Origin: Escherichia phage Ptacy1479
Sequence record: PQ863256.1
Strand: one strand, 5' to 3'
Length of the DNA stretch: 64,000 nt
In this document: positions 58,449 to 64,000 of the stretch, piece after piece
How positions within the stretch are numbered: the stretch's first letter is position 1
Layout: each line of letters begins with the position of its first letter
The notes under the pieces: generated by a model
Database searches by the model: none
Told to the model about the DNA's origin: nothing
The model's input: the letters and a program-made list of their open reading frames with translations, nothing else
Program-made: the position numbers and the translations under genes

Positions 58449-59642
58449 TTATTTTCCTAAAAATAATCCGCTCATAACACCATCCCACTCAGAGGACGGA
58501 ATCACTGAATACTCCGAACTTTGGTCCAGAGTTCCACTACTAAATCGCTGAACAATGTTATAGATGTTGAACAGATCTTTAGTCTCAGCACGAATGCCGT
58601 AGATTAACCTGTCAGCTGTTCTTTCATTTTTAGACACGCGACGGGTAAAGTTAACCAAAAGATTATCACCTTTAAGTATCTCTGACCCATCTTTTACTAG
58701 ATCGGGGTGCATCACTGGCAAGAACATTGAGTTGTTAACTCGCAATTCTGCTGTTTCGTCGTTCTCATAATGAATCCACTTAAAGTCTTCATCACGGAAG
58801 TGACCGCATCCATCTCTGTATGACTGTTGACGCCAAGGAACTTGAAATGCTTCAGCGTATTTATCAGCCATGCCGACTGTAAACAGCGACGCTGGGAAGA
58901 TACAAGCATCCCAATCGTTACCAACCAGAGTTGCTTTCTTTTCCCCTAAGAGGTTAGTGTAAGTGCTAACCATTCGTGAGTAAGCATAAGCCTGAAGGAT
59001 TGTCCAGCCTTCAACCAACCATTTATGAAGGAAGGTTTCAACTTGACTCTCTTCATCTTCACAATAGAAGGTTCGGTCTAGCATCAAATAGAACAGACAA
59101 CGATCAGCAGGGATGTTCTCAGTTGCTACCCCCATAAAACCTTTCTCGTGCCAGCGTAAACAGGAGGGACGATCTTTATCCACAAATGCTTCCATAGCTT
59201 CCAGTACAGCACGAGGTGTGGTTCGATGTTCAGGGTTTTTGTCGTTCCAACGTTCGATGTTATTTTTAAGCTCGCCTTCATGATCAATTGCACCCCAACC
59301 TAAAGCTGCGGATATAGGTTTTTCATCACGCCAACGTCTAAAACCTAACATCTTCATGTGAGTTCCGGAGTTCCAGATATGCTTGATTTTACACATATCC
59401 ATCTCTCGGCTTAATAAGAACTCTTCCCCATCAGCACTACGAACGTTAGCTTCTTCATGCCACACTCGAACGTGCATATTCCACCCATGAGTTGCCTCAT
59501 ACATGTTAGGGTCGAAGTATTCATCTTCGTCATCATCTTCATCAACGCCACCATTATAGTTGCGAAGCTGAAGGAACCCATAACAAGGAGGATTGACCGT
59601 TAAAACATTACCTTCAGTATCTTCTAATGTTACTGGAAACAT
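58449..59642 (-). CDS. hypothetical protein in enzyme cluster
   Basis: 397 aa; acidic N-terminal tract, Cys/His/Trp-rich; no motif recognised. Confidence 0.45.
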   Translation of the reverse strand: MFPVTLEDTEGNVLTVNPPCYGFLQLRNYNGGVDEDDDEDEYFDPNMYEATHGWNMHVRVWHEEANVRSADGEEFLLSREMDMCKIKHIWNSGTHMKMLGFRRWRDEKPISAALGWGAIDHEGELKNNIERWNDKNPEHRTTPRAVLEAMEAFVDKDRPSCLRWHEKGFMGVATENIPADRCLFYLMLDRTFYCEDEESQVETFLHKWLVEGWTILQAYAYSRMVSTYTNLLGEKKATLVGNDWDACIFPASLFTVGMADKYAEAFQVPWRQQSYRDGCGHFRDEDFKWIHYENDETAELRVNNSMFLPVMHPDLVKDGSEILKGDNLLVNFTRRVSKNERTADRLIYGIRAETKDLFNIYNIVQRFSSGTLDQSSEYSVIPSSEWDGVMSGLFLGK

Positions 59643-59653
59643 TACACCAACCT

Positions 59654-60016
59654 CTATTGGTTTTTAATCAACTCAATCGATTTACGGATATAGAGAATAT
59701 CTCGGAAGTTTCGATAGTTGTTCATAAATTGATGCTTCTGGAAAGTAGCTTCTTCCAGAGCTTTCTTTGCGTCTGCGTAGCTTTTACGGGCAAGATGTAC
59801 AACCCGTTCTGGTAGCATGTTTGCATGACGGATGACATACTTGTGAGCTTTCATGTTGCTTTGCTCACGAGCAATCTTACCTTTAGCAACTTTGATACCA
59901 TTTGCAATCCAAGCAAGTTCCTGCTCAAGCTCATCGTTGGACATTCCACCGAGGTTTGATGCAACCTTGTTCAGAGTTTCAATATTAACGTTGCCCTTGA
60001 TGGGACGTGTATTCAT
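59654..60016 (-). CDS. hypothetical protein
   Basis: 120 aa; CAGGAG upstream of ATG. Confidence 0.45.
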   Translation of the reverse strand: MNTRPIKGNVNIETLNKVASNLGGMSNDELEQELAWIANGIKVAKGKIAREQSNMKAHKYVIRHANMLPERVVHLARKSYADAKKALEEATFQKHQFMNNYRNFRDILYIRKSIELIKNQ

Positions 60017-60018
60017 AC

Positions 60019-60171
60019 TTACTCCTGTTGTTTACACTCGTCAATAACCCACTGATAAGTGGATTGCTCAGAAAAGAAACACTGAATAAATCCAGATGTT
60101 CTCTGCGTTACCAGTGCTAGTGCACAAATCACTACCGCTGCTGCTAGCAGTTTTAAATCTAATTTAGACAT
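60019..60171 (-). CDS. small membrane protein (50 aa; not in track)
   Basis: GAGAGGAAAT upstream of ATG; hydrophobic LLAAAVVICALALV; terminator hairpin just upstream. Confidence 0.4.
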   Translation of the reverse strand: MSKLDLKLLAAAVVICALALVTQRTSGFIQCFFSEQSTYQWVIDECKQQE

Positions 60172-60624
60172 ATTTCCTCTCATTGAATTTAAAAAAGGAC
60201 TCTCCGAAAAGAGCCAAGCTTTAAATCCAAAAAAAAGATATTACCCAATATCTGTGGATAACCTGCTCTTAAAATATCTATCCGACGGATGTTTGAGGAA
60301 CACTCCTCGCCCTAGCATCGGCCCCATACGGGAAATATATTAAGATTAGGTTAGTTGAGTCAGAATAACTCACATAGCCCTCCGAGGAAGGCTATAGGCG
60401 TTACTACAACTAAAAATCACCTGATTTTACAAAACTATCACTAAGAATTTCGTCAATCTCTTTGCTAGTCAAATCTTTCCTGAACCAGCAACAAGGAACA
60501 TCCACTCATTGACCAGAGTTGTTCTCTACAGAACATCGATTCCCTGTCTTACTCTTGCATTTATAGGATTTTCCTTTATCTAGGCGATAGTGTAATCTGT
60601 AAACGACAGACACAAGTGTTATCA

Positions 60625-60858
60625 TCACTCGCCTTTCTTAGCACGATCTTTGGCAGTTTTGCCAGTGCGGATTCGATGAGAAACGTTAACCAGAGTGCCA
60701 CCATCAACTACGGTAACGCTCTTGTTTTTAGCCAGATCGAACACAGTCTTCTCTGTGCCGCCCAAGCGAATTTGCTTAGGCTCGCTGAAGGTTTGGGTTG
60801 ATTTGGATTGGAACTGGAACGGTTGACGGATTGCGTCGATTGCGCTTACTTTAGACAT
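60625..60858 (-). CDS. hypothetical small basic protein
   Basis: 77 aa track ORF. Confidence 0.4.
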   Translation of the reverse strand: MSKVSAIDAIRQPFQFQSKSTQTFSEPKQIRLGGTEKTVFDLAKNKSVTVVDGGTLVNVSHRIRTGKTAKDRAKKGE

Positions 60859-61090
60859 AGGGGAAATTCCTTAAAAAGTCATGGCTGCGTAGAGGGAATT
60901 CCCTACGCAAATTGGGCTGCCCACAGAGAGGCGTCATAGTACTAAAAGGAGGAGAGAAGAGGGCTTATTTAGTTACCTTTTTTCTGTCCGTTTACAAACC
61001 AGATAATTGAGCCGTCAGGCTGTCGTTGACCGAAGCCTTTTTGGTTAATCATATCGTCATAAGAATATGCTTTACGTCTCATTTGTTTTC

Positions 61091-61333
61091 CTATGGAGTT
61101 AAGATAATTTCAGCCTTACTAAACTTCTCACCAACTTCAAGAGTATCAGCAACAGGACGAGGCACACCTGTACCCAAACAAACAGCCCTTCGATACCCTC
61201 CAGTCACAGGCATCATCAAATAGATGACCTGATTATCATCTTCTTTTAAAGTGAAGATATCAGCGATCGCTAGATCTTTAACAAAGAGTTTCTTTTCTTC
61301 TTCATGATGAACTTTGATATGTATTGTGCTCAT
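61091..61333 (-). CDS. small protein, tandem paralog array member 4
   Basis: shares V.L.TL..G..F...R.V.L..G...V.PV pattern with neighbours. Confidence 0.5.
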   Translation of the reverse strand: MSTIHIKVHHEEEKKLFVKDLAIADIFTLKEDDNQVIYLMMPVTGGYRRAVCLGTGVPRPVADTLEVGEKFSKAEIILTP

Positions 61334-61335
61334 GC

Positions 61336-61587
61336 CTACTCCTGAACCACTGACATACGAATCATTTCTACCTGATCATCAAGACCTTTAACAGATAATA
61401 CACCTGTGGAAAGGTTTATCACAGGAACCCAGCCACTGGCTATGCGAATGTTACCAGAAGCATTTTCAACCCTCATGTAATACTGAGGAGAAGCACTTCC
61501 GTTCTGAACTACGAAGGGGTTTCCGGGAATGATTGTTTCCAATCGTACCGTAGTATCCTTTTTCTTAGGGATGATTTTCATTAGCAA
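61336..61587 (-). CDS. small protein, tandem paralog array member 3
   Basis: same family pattern. Confidence 0.5.
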   Translation of the reverse strand: MLMKIIPKKKDTTVRLETIIPGNPFVVQNGSASPQYYMRVENASGNIRIASGWVPVINLSTGVLSVKGLDDQVEMIRMSVVQE

Positions 61588-61829
61588 TCACTCACTAAAA
61601 GTTCTGCCGACACAGGAATAACTTGGCACCAGCTAGACGGTGCTGTTACGTTACCATCAGATAGACGGAGAGAGAGTACTCGATCAGAGTTAACGGTTAC
61701 ATTAGGACTTTCAGATACAGTCCCTTTGACATAGAGAGTAGCACTCTCGGGGAATTTAAACACTGCTCCGCTGGGAAGGGTGTTGAGATCAACCTTGGTC
61801 ACTTCTTCTTTCTTGTGAGTAATCTTCAT
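61581..61829 (-). CDS. small protein, tandem paralog array member 2
   Basis: same family pattern. Confidence 0.5.
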   Translation of the reverse strand: MKITHKKEEVTKVDLNTLPSGAVFKFPESATLYVKGTVSESPNVTVNSDRVLSLRLSDGNVTAPSSWCQVIPVSAELLVSDC

Positions 61830-62080
61830 TTAGAATCCTTAATAACGTTAGCTTCAACCTTAACAGGAATAACAGAGATGCCCTCAACGGGGCCACTTAA
61901 GTGTCCATCTTCCAGTCTAACACACACGACTCGATCTCGTGCAACTTCTACCCAATTAGTAGATGCCGCAGTACAGACCATATGAATTGGACCGTTCTCT
62001 TCCAGCCGGAAGGTATCGCCCTTCTTCAGAGTGTGGAGTTTCACAGTCTTGATAGTTTTGTTCAATTCGTTAACTTTCAT
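61826..62080 (-). CDS. small protein, tandem paralog array member 1
   Basis: same family pattern; ATGA coupling to next gene. Confidence 0.5.
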   Translation of the reverse strand: MKVNELNKTIKTVKLHTLKKGDTFRLEENGPIHMVCTAASTNWVEVARDRVVCVRLEDGHLSGPVEGISVIPVKVEANVIKDSK

Positions 62081-62088
62081 ATTGATTC

Positions 62089-62400
62089 CTATTTGAGTTT
62101 CAGGCTAATATTAAGGTGCATACATGCCCTGTTCTGTACAGCAGCATAGCTTCTGCCGAGCATGTCAGCCATTCTCTGAATAGACATAAACCCGGCATTA
62201 CGGATAAGGAACTGGTCTTCTTCTTTAGACCACTTAACTCGGATTACAGCTCTAGAGATACCAAACTTAGTGCAAGCTGTATTAACTGCATTCTCCGTTA
62301 CATTCATAATCTGAGCAACCTCTTGAACAGAGTACTCTTTGATTAGTCTCCGAAGATTTTCAATCTGTATCGGAGTCCATATAGTTCTTCGAGCTTTCAT
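62089..62400 (-). CDS. DNA-binding protein with two HTH-like segments (putative transcriptional regulator)
   Basis: YSVQEVAQIMNVTENAVN and MSIQRMADMLGRSYAAVQNR. Confidence 0.5.
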   Translation of the reverse strand: MKARRTIWTPIQIENLRRLIKEYSVQEVAQIMNVTENAVNTACTKFGISRAVIRVKWSKEEDQFLIRNAGFMSIQRMADMLGRSYAAVQNRACMHLNISLKLK

Positions 62401-62692
62401 ACATCCTCCAATTAAATATTTATATAAGACTTGCTTAGATAAAGATTCAATAAAATAGGGGGAGGGGACGAATCCTCCCTTATCCTATTAATTAATATTG
62501 CATGTAAGATCTAACAATCGGTTGCCTTTGTAGGAATAAGCGTTATGCTAATCCAGCACTAAACTCCCGCCCCCCTTAGTGGGCTGGGTTATTAAAGGGT
62601 AACGCCCTTATGGGCTAGTTACGTGAATGTTAGTTTGATAGGAGATCTGAAGTCCTATCTCAAAGGACTCTCGTAAGAATCCTTCACGATAG

Positions 62693-62878
62693 TCACGCTT
62701 TGAGCGTGGTACAGATTAATGTTGCATGTCTTTGGTTATACAGTTCGAAGTAACGAGGCTTGCTCCAGTCTCTGTCTCTGGTAAATGATTGAAGGATGAA
62801 GTGTCTGTCACACCCAAGCCACTCAGAAACATCCATCGCTAGACGTATAGGAGAACCTCTGAACTCTTTCCTTTCCAT
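62693..62878 (-). CDS. hypothetical small protein
   Basis: 61 aa track ORF. Confidence 0.35.
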   Translation of the reverse strand: MERKEFRGSPIRLAMDVSEWLGCDRHFILQSFTRDRDWSKPRYFELYNQRHATLICTTLKA

Positions 62879-62887
62879 CCTAACCTC

Positions 62888-63121
62888 TTACTTTTTGACG
62901 GGAAGAATCATATCCCACAGCCATGCCCACAAAATAATGGATATAAGAATCACAGCAACGATGGGCCATAGAAAAACTATAATCGCTATCTTTGATAAGT
63001 TTGGTTCGTTACCCCACCCTCTGAACTCGACACTACCTTTTACATCGAGGAGTTTTATCAGAGCTGAAACTGTCACCATACCTATCAAGTAGACAATCAA
63101 GATACTAACAAGACTGGTCAC
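62888..63121 (-). CDS. two-TM membrane protein (GTG start)
   Basis: LVSILIVYLIGMVTVSALI and IAIIVFLWPIVAVILISIILWAWLW helices; GGAG 9 nt upstream of GTG. Confidence 0.45.
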   Translation of the reverse strand: MTSLVSILIVYLIGMVTVSALIKLLDVKGSVEFRGWGNEPNLSKIAIIVFLWPIVAVILISIILWAWLWDMILPVKK

Positions 63122-63278
63122 AAGGTTGATCTCCGCATGTTTTACAAATTACTGGTGAATAACTACAGGCAGGGTAGACAGAAACCCCATCCCACGTCTC
63201 ACACCCACAATCAGGACATGTGCCGTTTGATTCCATGTCATCATCGTCATCTACTTCACCGCCACCAAAACAACTCAT
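63105..63278 (-). CDS. small Cys-rich protein (57 aa; not in track)
   Basis: AGGGAG 7 nt upstream of ATG; CPDCGCE...CKTCGDQPC. Confidence 0.4.
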   Translation of the reverse strand: MSCFGGGEVDDDDDMESNGTCPDCGCETWDGVSVYPACSYSPVICKTCGDQPCDQSC

Positions 63279-63287
63279 ATGAACTCC

Positions 63288-63509
63288 CTAGTAATTTACG
63301 CCGGTGAGAGTAGCATGTTTCATGGGAACTACTTTAGCGTGTGGAAGAAACCCATCCGTTTCACCATTGGTCAGGTTTACAGCTTTCTGATACCCACCGC
63401 GAAAGGTTGTTGTTTTTATCCAAAAACACCCATTCCATTTAAACACATCACCTCCTGAGAGAGTGGACATTTCTACCGGAGGTATTCCCTCAGTTGCATT
63501 AATTATCAT
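63288..63509 (-). CDS. small protein, fifth member of the ~80-aa paralog family (start chosen at Met18)
   Basis: VEMSTLSGGDVFKW aligns with VKLHTLKKGDTFRL of 61826..62080; start uncertain. Confidence 0.4.
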   Translation of the reverse strand: MIINATEGIPPVEMSTLSGGDVFKWNGCFWIKTTTFRGGYQKAVNLTNGETDGFLPHAKVVPMKHATLTGVNY

Positions 63510-63747
63510 AGCATGTATCCCAATACATATAGTTAACATACGTTCTCGGTTTGAGTCCATATATAATGAAGTGAGTCTTCTTAATTCTTTCCTTCAGTGT
63601 GTAATAAAGGCCATCACTGAAGTTACCAATCTTCACTTGGAAACGTAAGGAGCGAGCATCCATTCGAAGCATAGAGTTTAACTGGAACTTACTACTCCCA
63701 GCCATCTCTTCAAGAAGCTTCTTCGTATTCCAATAATGAGCTGTCAT
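63499..63747 (-). CDS. hypothetical small protein (start revised to Met26)
   Basis: AAGGAG 8 nt upstream of ATG 63747, 1 nt after upstream stop. Confidence 0.45.
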   Translation of the reverse strand: MTAHYWNTKKLLEEMAGSSKFQLNSMLRMDARSLRFQVKIGNFSDGLYYTLKERIKKTHFIIYGLKPRTYVNYMYWDTCYDN

Positions 63748-63748
63748 A

Positions 63749-63982
63749 CTACCACTCCTTACCGGTCGTAGTCGTAGAACCACCACACCACTGCGCATCT
63801 GACAAGGTTTTAGTTTCCTCATCTACTGCTGCACCGTTCAGGCATGAGATACCATTGTAACGCATATCAATTTCACCAGAAGGAACCTTCTCGCCTTTGT
63901 GCCAACGAGAAACACAAACACCTTCCACTGCTACTGCACACCATCCATCAGGACGGCTCTGTACGCAGCCTGTAAGGGCCAC
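63749..63982 (-). CDS. hypothetical Cys-rich small protein near window edge
   Basis: 77 aa track ORF; upstream context truncated by window. Confidence 0.35.
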   Translation of the reverse strand: MALTGCVQSRPDGWCAVAVEGVCVSRWHKGEKVPSGEIDMRYNGISCLNGAAVDEETKTLSDAQWCGGSTTTTGKEW

Positions 63983-64000
63983 ACAGACAAGGAAGATACA

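Noticed and set aside
62401-62692. Possible tRNA gene suggested by a GGGAGG…ACGAATCC…CCTCCC T-arm-like hairpin
   Set aside because: No matching acceptor stem, D-arm or anticodon arm around it on either strand; more likely a terminator-type hairpin.

Overview
The window reads as most of a tailed-phage genome (podovirus-like; gene content, including a phage sigma-70-family factor, resembles phiEco32/Kuravirus-type phages from memory, unverified without a search). Positions 1-28.6 kb on the + strand carry the late module: terminase, portal, scaffold, major capsid, tail fiber, endolysin and internal virion proteins up to a 1473-aa protein. Positions 28.9-64 kb on the - strand carry the early/middle module: primase-helicase, a family-A DNA polymerase split into separate exonuclease and polymerase genes, FEN-type 5'-3' exonuclease, SSB-like protein, ThyX-like enzyme, dCTP deaminase, thioredoxin, PhoH, Dps-like ferritin, CCA-adding-type nucleotidyltransferase, sigma factor, an embedded spanin pair and many small ORFs. 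The main candidate for an undescribed system is a ~9.4 kb co-directional enzyme cluster at 50.3-59.6 kb: two amidoligase-like proteins, an ATP-grasp ligase, a class-II glutamine amidotransferase fused to a Cys-rich domain, a gamma-glutamylcyclotransferase-like protein and several proteins with no recognisable family. The amidotransferase gene has no ATG/GTG/TTG in its first 113 codons and appears to start at AUU directly before the catalytic Cys. Other notable points are a lambda-type -1 frameshift heptamer (GGGAAAG) at the end of the capsid gene that would fuse it to an Ig-like domain array, a recurring TAATGTATA element upstream of several genes on both strands, and several tandem paralog arrays. 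No rRNA, tRNA or CRISPR array was recognised by eye. CDS coordinates come from the supplied ORF track and include the stop codon; revised starts, sub-60-aa ORFs and motif positions are my own and may be off by 1-2 nt. All functional calls rest on motif recognition from memory, not database searches.
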